In this document: piece after piece, positions 29,951 to 39,274 of the stretch
How positions within the stretch are numbered: position 1 is the first letter of the stretch
Layout of the letters: the number at the start of each line of letters is the position of its first letter
Assembly: GCA_002011125.2 (NCBI GenBank)
Contig: MTMF02000009.1
Coordinates: 1,850,286 to 1,914,285, forward strand
Direction of reading: 5' to 3'
Origin: Candidatus Hydrothermarchaeum profundi
GTDB taxonomy: Archaea > Hydrothermarchaeota > Hydrothermarchaeia > Hydrothermarchaeales > Hydrothermarchaeaceae
Length of the DNA stretch: 64,000 bases
Made by a program: the position numbers and the translations under genes
The notes under the pieces: generated by a model
Databases searched by the model: none
The model's input: only the letters and a program-made list of their open reading frames with translations
Told to the model about the DNA's origin: nothing

Positions 29951-29985
29951 ATCCCCCCAAGCTCTTTGGGGGGATTTATTTTCTC
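29951..29985 (+). terminator. Perfect 10-bp hairpin plus T-rich tract after mtbB
   Basis: ATCCCCCCAA-GCTCT-TTGGGGGGAT-TTATTTT. Confidence 0.7.
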
Positions 29986-30060
29986 TTTGTGTTAAACAAC
30001 TTTTCCAAGCCATATCACTTTCTAAATTTAATGATGTTATAGAGATTTTATATAACCAGT

Positions 30061-30957
30061 ATGTTAGAACTCTACGATAAAGTAAGGAAGGAAATTGTAG
30101 GCAGAGATCGAGAGCTTTTAAGAATTTTATCTGCTTTAGAAGCCAAAAAACATTTGTTACTTGAGGGACCGCCAGGTACCTCAAAGTCAACCATCTTGAG
30201 GACTATAACTAGGCTGTCTAATATCCCTTTTTATCTTTTAGAGGGTAATATCGATTTAACTCCAGCAAAGCTGGTTGGTCACTTTAATCCAGCAGAAGTT
30301 ATATCTGATAATTATAAACCGGAATACTTCAATAAAGGCCCCTTAACAAAAGCCATGGAAGAGGGCGGATTCCTTTATATTGAAGAATTTAATCGAATGC
30401 CGGCAGATGCTACAAATGTGCTATTAGTAGCTATGGAAGAAGGAGAGATAAATATTCCCAGATACGGTAAAGTAGTAGCCAAACCAGGTTTTACCGTGAT
30501 ATGCGCTCAAAACCCTCTTGACGATGTAGGTACTCTTCGTGTGAGCAGAGCATTTCTAGATAGAGTATGCAGAATAAAGCTTGACTATCAATCCGAAGAA
30601 GAAGAAATTAAAATCGTAGAAGAGAGAACAGGAACAAAAAATAAAGACTTAATTAAATTAGCGGTTAAACTGGCAAGAGAAACTAGAGACCATCCCGATT
30701 TGAAATTAGGAGTCTCTATTAGAGGACCTATTGATATGGTTCAAATAGCCGAAAAGATGCTTAGGCTTGATTTAGATGAAAGGGAAGCTCTTTTAGACTC
30801 GATGATGCTGGCTTTCAGCGGAAAAGTATGGCTTGATGAGCTTTCTGAAAAATCTCAAGAAGAGGTCCTAGAAGAAATATTTAATCAAATATATACTCCC
30901 ACGGGCGCTACTAAAAAAAAAGTAAGCCTGGAACTAATAAGAAAGGAGAAGAACTAA
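30061..30957 (+). CDS. MoxR/CoxD-family AAA+ ATPase (0-frame product)
   Basis: LLLEGPPGTSKS, YIEEFNR, AQNP, AFLDR, SIRG. Confidence 0.9.
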   Translation: MLELYDKVRKEIVGRDRELLRILSALEAKKHLLLEGPPGTSKSTILRTITRLSNIPFYLLEGNIDLTPAKLVGHFNPAEVISDNYKPEYFNKGPLTKAMEEGGFLYIEEFNRMPADATNVLLVAMEEGEINIPRYGKVVAKPGFTVICAQNPLDDVGTLRVSRAFLDRVCRIKLDYQSEEEEIKIVEERTGTKNKDLIKLAVKLARETRDHPDLKLGVSIRGPIDMVQIAEKMLRLDLDEREALLDSMMLAFSGKVWLDELSEKSQEEVLEEIFNQIYTPTGATKKKVSLELIRKEKN

Positions 30958-31844
30958 CGCAACTTGAATCTGATGATAGCGAAGAAAAACCAAGCATCGA
31001 TATAGAAAAAGAATTCGAAAAATCCCCATATCATCTCGCGAAATACTTCAATGCTAATCCTGAAGAACTAGCGAAGGTATTCAGTTCTAAGAAAGCTCTT
31101 AAGATATATGGCGATATTTCCAGCATGCTTAAACCTGAAACAAAAGAAATAGCAAAGAAGTATATTAGGAGGCTCATTATAAAACTTGGAGTATCGCTGG
31201 CCAATCCAGGATATCAGCGAGATAAGATTGTTCCCTTGAATGATATAACACTATCAGACGATATCGAGATAGATAGAACAATCGAGAAAATTATACAGGC
31301 CCCGGAACTTCCCTTAGAGGATAACATCACCGTTTTAGGCAGAAAGAAGAAGAAACAAGATATCGTGCTAATGTTAGATAGGAGCTTTTCTATGAAGGGG
31401 ATCAAAACCGTCTTGTCAGCTATAACTGCCTCTGCGATTTCTTTACATTTTAAGGGGAATGTATCTGTCCTATTTTTTAACGATAAATCAAAATTCATTA
31501 AAAAAAGAAACCAAAAGATGGTTTTAGATTCTATAGTAGATAAGATTCTCGATTTAGATGTAGAAGGAGGAACAAATATAAGGAAAGCCCTTGAAATGGG
31601 CCTACAAGAAATATCATCCTCAGACAAAAAAAGAGGACTACTTCTTACAGATGGTAACTGGACGGTAGGAGCTAATCCCTTAAGTGTGGCACAGAAGTAT
31701 GATAAGCTAGACGTAATCTGCTTCCCACCAGCTAATAGTGAGAAATCCAAGCTTTTAGCATTAAAAGGAAACGGAACCCTAGAATATGTTGAAAGGGAAG
31801 AGGATATTTTCAGAGCAATATTAAGCTGCCTACGGCTAAACTAG
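30921..31844 (+). CDS. vWA (CoxE-like) domain, probably the -1 frame continuation of the MoxR gene
   Basis: DRSFSM MIDAS, GGTN, LLTDG; frame is open from 30915, 70 codons before the first ATG (31125). Confidence 0.8.
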   Translation, partial: SKPGTNKKGEELTQLESDDSEEKPSIDIEKEFEKSPYHLAKYFNANPEELAKVFSSKKALKIYGDISSMLKPETKEIAKKYIRRLIIKLGVSLANPGYQRDKIVPLNDITLSDDIEIDRTIEKIIQAPELPLEDNITVLGRKKKKQDIVLMLDRSFSMKGIKTVLSAITASAISLHFKGNVSVLFFNDKSKFIKKRNQKMVLDSIVDKILDLDVEGGTNIRKALEMGLQEISSSDKKRGLLLTDGNWTVGANPLSVAQKYDKLDVICFPPANSEKSKLLALKGNGTLEYVEREEDIFRAILSCLRLN

Positions 31845-32425
31845 TTTTTCATATTATATCCGATGAGCAGAGTACCGTCCTTGCTTTTCTCGCAACCCAG
31901 TAAACGCTTCAAGTATTCATCAGAAGGTGTACAAGGGCTACCTGATACTATATCTTCAAGCTCTTCAAATTCCTGGAGCTCTGGAAAAGGAAGAGGCGGC
32001 ATAAGAAAATAAGGCTTTCCTTTTGGAAGTTTATTCTTATACAGTACAAAGTCAGGACCCATAAAAATAACATCTTTCCTTTTTTTCATTTCTTCCAGCT
32101 TTTTGGATCCAACCCATTCTCCAAGAATCTCCCCATCTTCGTCAACCATTACCACCCACGGGCGGGAGGGTTCCCTAAATGTTTTATCAAATAATATCAC
32201 CCATGTCTCGTCCCTTGATAAAGCCTCGAAAGTACCCTCGTTTAAAAAGTCCATCATGCCTTGTACCGCCCCTCTCTCCTGTGCTTTCTTCTCAAGCCTC
32301 AAAATCTCCTCTTTTTCATCCTGGGTAAGAAGTCTTACATCCAGTACTCCTTTAAGGTTCCTAAGCCTAAACATTATCCTTTCGTGGAGGTCTTTTGTTA
32401 CTCCACTAGTACTAGGCCGTTCCAT
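31841..32425 (-). CDS. Hypothetical protein in the methylamine cluster
   Basis: 194-aa ORF with protein-like composition, overlapping the DUF2284 gene; SGSPCTPSD motif. Confidence 0.7.
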   Translation of the reverse strand: MERPSTSGVTKDLHERIMFRLRNLKGVLDVRLLTQDEKEEILRLEKKAQERGAVQGMMDFLNEGTFEALSRDETWVILFDKTFREPSRPWVVMVDEDGEILGEWVGSKKLEEMKKRKDVIFMGPDFVLYKNKLPKGKPYFLMPPLPFPELQEFEELEDIVSGSPCTPSDEYLKRLLGCEKSKDGTLLIGYNMKN

Positions 32426-32994
32426 CTTACATTCTCCTGCGAAGATAATCCTAATGGCATGCCTATGTTTTTACAGGTCCTATAAACATCTATCCCTACA
32501 CCTTCTAACGAGGGTCTGGCCTTAAAAGGTTGATGACATAACTCCCCTTTTTTAGGGTCAGCGCACTCCTCGCAAAGCTTACAATTACCGCCAATCAGTC
32601 CCGTAGCAAGATAGTAGCCCAGCTTAAAAGCTTCTCTTTCGACTGCATTAACTATCTCATGCAACTTAAGCTCATACTTCTCATAAACCTCTTTCTCAAG
32701 TTTATCCACAAGATTTTTAGAAATAGGCTCATTTGACTTATCTAAAGAATCAACGTTCTCCATCTCAAGCTGAATGAATATTGCCTTTTTATACTTTGAT
32801 AAAATCTTCCTAAATTCATCAAATGGTATGGAATTAGGAGGACAGAAATAATATCTATTATATCCATCGCATGGGGGTACCTGACACTTTAATAAAACCC
32901 GCCTATCCATTACTATCGATCCCACATCAATAATCTTCGCCCTAGTAGCCCCTTCCCTTAGACTAACCTCTACGAGCTTCTCAAGCTTATTCAT
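32398..32994 (-). CDS. DUF2284-family Cys-rich metal-binding protein
   Basis: KC..PC..Y...FCPP, GNCKLCEEC, C..P.KARPSLEGVGIDV; start taken at MNKLEK. Confidence 0.85.
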   Translation of the reverse strand: MNKLEKLVEVSLREGATRAKIIDVGSIVMDRRVLLKCQVPPCDGYNRYYFCPPNSIPFDEFRKILSKYKKAIFIQLEMENVDSLDKSNEPISKNLVDKLEKEVYEKYELKLHEIVNAVEREAFKLGYYLATGLIGGNCKLCEECADPKKGELCHQPFKARPSLEGVGIDVYRTCKNIGMPLGLSSQENVRWNGLVLVE

Positions 32995-33113
32995 TGAATC
33001 CCACCTAAATATTATTTTCCGAGTCCTACTACTCAGATAAACATTAACAAGCCTAAAAAAATTTTCTAGAAACAATTTTATTTTTCGAAGGCAATATTCG
33101 ATGCTGATAGTTT

Positions 33114-34745
33114 ATGAAGAGGTACGGGATTGCTTTGGATATGGGCACTAGCGGTTTCCGCGCCCAAGCGATAGATTTGGATGAGGGGGAAATAATCTCA
33201 ACATCAATTACTCTGCGACATCCTATACCCGGAGCTAACGTTATGGACCATGTGACTTTCGCAATAGACGTTGGAACTGATATAACCCACGACCTAATAG
33301 TAATGACAGTAAACAAGCTAATAACAACCCTAAAAATTGACCCGACAAGAGTAGAAAGACTAGCGGTATGTGGTAATCCCTTTCAGCTTTCACTTTTCCA
33401 AAAACTTGAGATACGAGACCTAGCATACGCGGGGGAATCTAAATTAAAGGCTTTAGGAGTAAAACCGCCTAAAAGAGATGCGACCATAATGGATGCCGAA
33501 ACTATTGGACTCAATATAAACCCTGAGGCAAATGTGCTTATACCCCCAGCGGTAAAACATGAAATAGGAGCAGATGCCTTAGCAATGATGCTAAAAACAG
33601 ATTTCCTCGAAAATTCGCCAAGTATAGTCACAGACTACGGAACTAATGCAGAAATGGCGCTAAATGTAGATGGCCAGATATATTCAGGATCTGCTGCCGC
33701 AGGTCCTGCCCTAGAGGGACAACAAATTAAGGAGGGCATGCTAGCTGCTCCAGGTGCTATATCTGATGTAGATCCTGAAGACTCAAAATGGCGTTGCTCC
33801 GTTTTAAGTAAAGAGCTAATGGCTGAAGAGGGAGACCTAATAGATCCCCGCACTGGAGAAATATTTAAAAAAGGGGTCATGCACGGCAAAGTAAAAGGAA
33901 TAACCGGTACTGGCGTTATAGCTGCTATCGCTAGAGGACTACAAGAAGGGTTGGTTGTACCACCAAAGATTAAGACTCCAGACAATAAGGTCCACCTTCA
34001 AGATGGTATTACGATAACTGAGGATGACATAGTCGAGGCTGGAAAAGCTATAGGAGCTATTAGAGCAGGCCATATGACGTTGATAAATGAAGCTGGAATA
34101 AGTATGGAGGAAGTTGAAACAGCCTATATGGCTGGCGCCTTAGGAACGTATGTAGATGCAATTAAAGCTCAGAAAGTAGGCCTAGTGCCATCTACGTGCA
34201 AAAACCTAGTGCAAGTCGGAAACACCTCTCTTTCACTAGCGAGGGATCTGATTTTTGAACCTGAAAAGCTTGAAGAACTCCAAGATTACGCAAACAAGTT
34301 AAGGGCAAAACATGTTATGTTCGCGATATCAAATACCTTCAGAAACATCTTCGTTATAGAGCTTTCTCTTTGGACTGAAGGAATGCCCTTCAGCATGTAT
34401 AATGACATGTTAAAGATGTATAAATTACCGCCAATACCTATGAAGAATGTCAATGCAAAAGTGAATAAAATTGTTCAGAGAGATATTCCAATACTGGGTA
34501 AATATGGAATCACCGTTGTTGAAGATGTAGGTATAATTCTTTCAACTAGAGTATCAGAGTGCATTTACTGTAAAAAATGTATTAGAGAATGTCCTGAGGA
34601 GGCAATAGAGATAATAGAAAAAGATGGTAAGCGAATAGCATTAATAAGATCTGATAAGTGCAATGGAACAGCGTGTCGAAGGTGCGAGATAATTTGTCCT
34701 AAAAATACCCTTAAGCTAAGAGAACTAAAGATAAATACAACCTAA
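33114..34745 (+). CDS. ramA: Methylamine methyltransferase corrinoid reductive activase (ASKHA + ferredoxin)
   Basis: YGIALDMGTSGFR, HPIPGANVMDH, DYGTNAE, C-terminal 2x[4Fe-4S] Cys motifs. Confidence 0.93.
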   Translation: MKRYGIALDMGTSGFRAQAIDLDEGEIISTSITLRHPIPGANVMDHVTFAIDVGTDITHDLIVMTVNKLITTLKIDPTRVERLAVCGNPFQLSLFQKLEIRDLAYAGESKLKALGVKPPKRDATIMDAETIGLNINPEANVLIPPAVKHEIGADALAMMLKTDFLENSPSIVTDYGTNAEMALNVDGQIYSGSAAAGPALEGQQIKEGMLAAPGAISDVDPEDSKWRCSVLSKELMAEEGDLIDPRTGEIFKKGVMHGKVKGITGTGVIAAIARGLQEGLVVPPKIKTPDNKVHLQDGITITEDDIVEAGKAIGAIRAGHMTLINEAGISMEEVETAYMAGALGTYVDAIKAQKVGLVPSTCKNLVQVGNTSLSLARDLIFEPEKLEELQDYANKLRAKHVMFAISNTFRNIFVIELSLWTEGMPFSMYNDMLKMYKLPPIPMKNVNAKVNKIVQRDIPILGKYGITVVEDVGIILSTRVSECIYCKKCIRECPEEAIEIIEKDGKRIALIRSDKCNGTACRRCEIICPKNTLKLRELKINTT

Positions 34746-34754
34746 ACACTTCTT

Positions 34755-34792
34755 CAAAGAAAAAATAAAAAATAAGGGGAGAAATCCTCCCC
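34755..34792 (-). terminator. Hairpin plus T tract after mtmB (between convergent ramA and mtmB)
   Basis: GGGGAG-N5-CTCCCC, followed on the - strand by TTATTTTTTATTTTTT. Confidence 0.6.
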
Positions 34793-34812
34793 AAAGAGTA
34801 TATTCTTTACCT

Positions 34813-36192
34813 CTACTTGATGTCAACGCCGAGTTCCCGTAGAGTGTTCACGGCCTTATCATACACCTGCAGGTGCTCCTCAGTAGGAACAACCTTAACC
34901 ACGTCATAACACTCCTGGAACCTCTTACCCTTAGGCGCCGTCTTATAGTCACTCTCGTACTTCTTAATCAAATTATCCAAGATCACGTTAACCTCACTGA
35001 TATCCATGCCAGCCACAGCAATAGCCGCCTCACCCATAATCCGGGCCTCCATACCAGTCGTATAATCCAACGCAACGCCCTTAGCACTAGCACTACCACT
35101 AACAAGCTCACGGCCACTAGCAGTGTCAGTAATAGCCTGAGCAGCCGTCTCCAACAAACACATCTCAGTACACGGACCCGCCAACGGATAATACTGGTTC
35201 GAAGTCAACAAATGAGTATTCTCATCAATAGCCCTAGCCGTATGCCCAGCCACCTGCAGGGTCTCACGCGCAGTAGTGATACCCCACCTGATATGGATAG
35301 GCCCATCCAAGTGATAACTCCCATTCAACAAGGTGAAGCTCGTCAAATGAGTAGCCACGTTACAGATCGAGGTCTCCTCGACCCCGCCAGCATAGCCACC
35401 AAAGATAGGCATCTGCTCCACCATAATAATATCACCATTCTGAACCCAACCAGCAATCATATGCAGGCCACCATTATCAATCTTAAGCTCATTCAACTGA
35501 CTGATCTCATGGCTATCACAAGGCCTCAAGCCACCCAGGAGATCCCCGGCAAGACGCCCCGCACTCGTCAAGGGCGTCTCTGGGCCCTAAACCGCCATAT
35601 AGGGTCTCCCAGCCTTACGACAAGCCTCACGGATATAATACAACTCAAACAGAGTAGCCTTAATCTCCCAAGGACTACCGCTAGTAGCCTCATTACCCTC
35701 AATAGTAGCCAACACACCATTCACAATAGTATCCACCGTAGGCTCCTGAGCATAACTCTGAAACATCGGGATAAAAATATCCTCACTAACAGGAGCACCC
35801 GTAGGACCGCCCTGAATAACAGGCTTAAAACCAGGATTACCACGACGCTGCGCCATATCCACTGCGTCCTGATACTCGCCCAACACGAGCTTCCTAGGCG
35901 CCTTCTTAATAGACTCAAGAACCTCGTCCTCAGAGACCCTGATAACCCTTCCGGTGTCAATATTATAGATCCCAGTCTCCACCAACATCTCCAAGCCGGC
36001 CTGGAACAAGTTATCAATCAGCTCACTGTCCGTAGGAATAATCTCACCCGAAAACTTGATGTTATACTTCTCCTTCATCTTAGCAGCATTCTGCGGGATA
36101 ATCTTATAATCCCAGTCACGCTCACTAACCTTCTCCCCACTAATCGACCTATTATAGGTCTCATACACATCTAAAGGCCTACCAACCGCCAA
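34813..36192 (-). CDS. mtmB: Monomethylamine:corrinoid methyltransferase, pyrrolysine at in-frame TAG 35587-35589 (codon 202; 459 aa)
   Basis: AGRPYMAV-O-GPETPL context; Pyl at codon 202 as in Methanosarcina MtmB; SD GGAGGTGA before TTG. Confidence 0.95.
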
Positions 36193-36227
36193 AACAACTC
36201 ACCTCCAACAATAAACAATTATTATCC

Positions 36228-36872
36228 TTAGTCGCCAACAAGCTCCTTCGCAATCCTCACAGCCTCAGCACCATTCGGACAATAAGCGTCACCGCCAATC
36301 TCATCCACCCACTCCTGGTTAACAGGCGCACCGCCAAACAACGTCTTCACCTTATCCCGGATCCCAGCCTCCTTCAAAGCCTTAACAATCTCCCTCTGAC
36401 CAGGACGCGTAGTAGTCATAAGAGCACTAGCACCAACGATATCAGCATTAACCTCCTTAGCGGTCTCAACGAACTTATCGATAGGAGCATCCCGGCCAAT
36501 ATCAATCACATCAAAGCCAGCGCCCTGAAGCATAGCAGCAACAACGTTCTTACCGATCTCATGGATATCCCCCTCAACAGTACCGATAACCACTACCTTA
36601 CCCATCTTCTCCCCAGACTCCATGATCTTAGGCTTCAAGACCTCAAGACCCGCCTGCATAGCCTCCGCAGCCATCAAGATCTGAGGCAAAAAGATCTTGG
36701 CCTCATCAAAAAGGTCGCTGATAGTCATCATACCCCTACCCAAGCCGTCATTAATAGCCTCAAAAGGCTCAATGCCCGCCTCCAACGCCTCCTTAGCCGC
36801 AGAGCTAGCCAAGTCAGCATCATAGGTCTCCACGGCTTTCTTCAACTTATCAAGAATCTCCTGCTTAAACAA
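36228..36872 (-). CDS. mtmC: Monomethylamine corrinoid protein
   Basis: GDIHEIGKN, SALMTTT; directly upstream of mtmB. Confidence 0.9.
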   Translation of the reverse strand: MFKQEILDKLKKAVETYDADLASSAAKEALEAGIEPFEAINDGLGRGMMTISDLFDEAKIFLPQILMAAEAMQAGLEVLKPKIMESGEKMGKVVVIGTVEGDIHEIGKNVVAAMLQGAGFDVIDIGRDAPIDKFVETAKEVNADIVGASALMTTTRPGQREIVKALKEAGIRDKVKTLFGGAPVNQEWVDEIGGDAYCPNGAEAVRIAKELVGD

Positions 36873-36978
36873 GCCAAATCACCCCCGAATCCAAAAAACC
36901 TTTTTCTTAATTTATTATATGTTCTTATGGTTTAAATGTTACGGTTCCAAAAAAATAAAAAAAAGGAAGAAAGGGAAA

Positions 36979-37245
36979 TCACTCGGATTTCTCGGTTGCT
37001 TTTTTGAGTTCTTCTATGAAGCCCTCATAACCAGGCAACGTCCCTTCTTCCAGCCATTTATCCACAGCTTCTTCGTATTCCTGGTTTTCCATTTTAATCT
37101 GCCAGTAGTGCCACCAGATCCAGAGTAGTGTTGAGATTGCTACGAAGAGTTTTGTCAAACCCCACAGAGGCGATACAACCTCCATGTTCTCTGCACCAGT
37201 CCAGTCTGTTACTCCTGTTGCAATTAACAGCATTATGCTTACCAT
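36979..37245 (-). CDS. Small membrane protein coupled to the Amt gene
   Basis: TM segment LFVAISTLLWIWW; overlaps the Amt stop; SD GAGGTGA. Confidence 0.65.
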   Translation of the reverse strand: MVSIMLLIATGVTDWTGAENMEVVSPLWGLTKLFVAISTLLWIWWHYWQIKMENQEYEEAVDKWLEEGTLPGYEGFIEELKKATEKSE

Positions 37246-38843
37246 CTCAACTCACCTCGTTCCTCAAACTCTTTTTGTAGCCTTATAGCATCCTTTATTA
37301 AGTCCTCTGGACTCGGCACTCCGAGGTAATCTTTTCTACCAGTGTCTTTACTGTACGCATTGATATTCAATAGTAGGTTTCTCCCAGGCTTAGAACCCTG
37401 CTTAGCTTTTAATAGGATTCTATGAGCCTCGATTCCCTGGACCTTATCGATCTCCGAGAAGTCCTCTGGCCTGTATGGTGGGAAATACGGGTACATTTCA
37501 CCGACTGCTGGAGAAGCTATATCAAGTCCTGCAAGCTCTACTAGCGGTGGAACTCTGAGTAATCCTAGCTTCTTGAATATCCAGCTAGCACCAAAGCCGA
37601 AGAGGAATGCCCAACCTGCTTCCCAAACTGCAAGCATGAAATTACCCCAAGGCGTGGTTACCCCTTGTAGTTCGTCGAAACCAAGAGGACCTCCTCCGGC
37701 AGGATATCCCCAAAGCAATATGCCTGCATATATAAGTCCTAGTACTCCCGAATAGCCGTGGACAGCACACGCTCCTACTGCGTCGTCGATCTTGAATCTC
37801 TTTTCTACCCAGTAGTGTAGCTTATATATTATTGGAATGGTTATGAACCCTAGGAGAAACGCTTGCATCGGGTGATAAAGATCGTTTCCTGCCGAGGCTG
37901 CGATGACTCCAGCAAGCCCTCCTGAAAAAATCCAGAAGGGATTCCCTTTGCTCGCGAAGAATCCTCCCATGAAACCTCCGGTTAGAGACAATAAGAAGTT
38001 GGTCCCAATAGCAGAATTACTTGTTGGATTACCATATATGTTAACCGTTCCCCAATAGGACATCTCCATTGTCGGATCCCATGCTAGGGCTGTCGGTATG
38101 TTGCAAGCAAAATAGAATCCCCAGAACCCTGTATATATAAGGAACAATCCTATACATGTCAACCACTGGTTGTGGAGAGGGACATCCCTTGGATTTCCCT
38201 TTTCATCGAATCTTCCAATTCTAGGTCCCAAGTTTATTAGAACTCCAAGAGTATACCATCCCGCAATAGTGTGGATAATGCCACTAGCGTATGCATCGTG
38301 AGAGCCAAAGTATTTTACAGTCCATCCCCAGGGAGACCACGCCTGAGATGCTAGCCAGATCCATACAAAGGACCCTAGGAATACTGACATTAACAAAAAT
38401 GCTCCTACTCTGCACCTTTCAATAACCGCACCAGAAAGGATTGAGCCCTCTGTCAGAGAAAAGAGCAGGAACGCTGCCCAGAATGCTAACATAAAGTGGT
38501 CCTGCATATGCGTTGTCATCAATGGACTCCACGGAGCATAATCGGCTGGATCAACTATCTCTGGATATTGCCCTGGTATCAGGAAAGTGGACCAATGAGG
38601 ACCTGAGAATGCTGCATACACCCACCATCCGAAGATATAGAACGTGAAGATGATGAGTGGGAACAGCATTGCATTTTTCATCAGCGTATGACCAACGTTC
38701 TTCCTTCTAGACACCCCGACTTCGTATGTACAGAATCCTACGTGTATCAGGAACATGACTATCACTGTCACCCAGTAATACCACTCCTGATACAGATACG
38801 CTAACTGCCATATTCTTTCAGCTAGCGGATACGGTTCTACCAT
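37239..38843 (-). CDS. Amt-family (methyl)ammonium transporter
   Basis: GF..YEVG..R.KN, SGAVIER, twin His (SGIIH, AVHG), LGPRIGRF; start at ATG 38843 after AGGAGGTG. Confidence 0.88.
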   Translation of the reverse strand: MVEPYPLAERIWQLAYLYQEWYYWVTVIVMFLIHVGFCTYEVGVSRRKNVGHTLMKNAMLFPLIIFTFYIFGWWVYAAFSGPHWSTFLIPGQYPEIVDPADYAPWSPLMTTHMQDHFMLAFWAAFLLFSLTEGSILSGAVIERCRVGAFLLMSVFLGSFVWIWLASQAWSPWGWTVKYFGSHDAYASGIIHTIAGWYTLGVLINLGPRIGRFDEKGNPRDVPLHNQWLTCIGLFLIYTGFWGFYFACNIPTALAWDPTMEMSYWGTVNIYGNPTSNSAIGTNFLLSLTGGFMGGFFASKGNPFWIFSGGLAGVIAASAGNDLYHPMQAFLLGFITIPIIYKLHYWVEKRFKIDDAVGACAVHGYSGVLGLIYAGILLWGYPAGGGPLGFDELQGVTTPWGNFMLAVWEAGWAFLFGFGASWIFKKLGLLRVPPLVELAGLDIASPAVGEMYPYFPPYRPEDFSEIDKVQGIEAHRILLKAKQGSKPGRNLLLNINAYSKDTGRKDYLGVPSPEDLIKDAIRLQKEFEERGELRW

Positions 38844-39274
38844 AGAATACACCTCCTAATCGTTTCCTCCCCCCTTAGGTACTTCCCTTCTATCACTTAA
38901 GCACCTCCTACTAACCTCTTTGGACTAGGCAAGTTGGGGTTTAGTGGGTTATGTTATTTAAAATTTTCTATTTTGAATTGTAGTGAATATGATTCTTTTT
39001 CTTAAGAAATGTATTAATTAATGCTATTATCAAGTTAAAATACTTTATAAAATCTGAAAATTAAAAATAAATAACAATATGATATTGTTAGCTAAAATAA
39101 TTCTTATTTAATCTTTAAAATATTCCCTTAGAAGGTAATGTAACGAAAATTAAAATATCCCATAACATCACGCACCAGCTTCTTATTTTCAGCTTACTTT
39201 AGTAGTGTAAGCAAAAAGTTTTTATGATGACTCATAGAATCATGGGAAGTTAGAAAATAGAATACTGTGATATC

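Noticed and set aside
34873-36174. 433-aa + strand ORF
   Set aside because: Antisense shadow of mtmB caused by biased codon usage; low-complexity T/S/H/L composition
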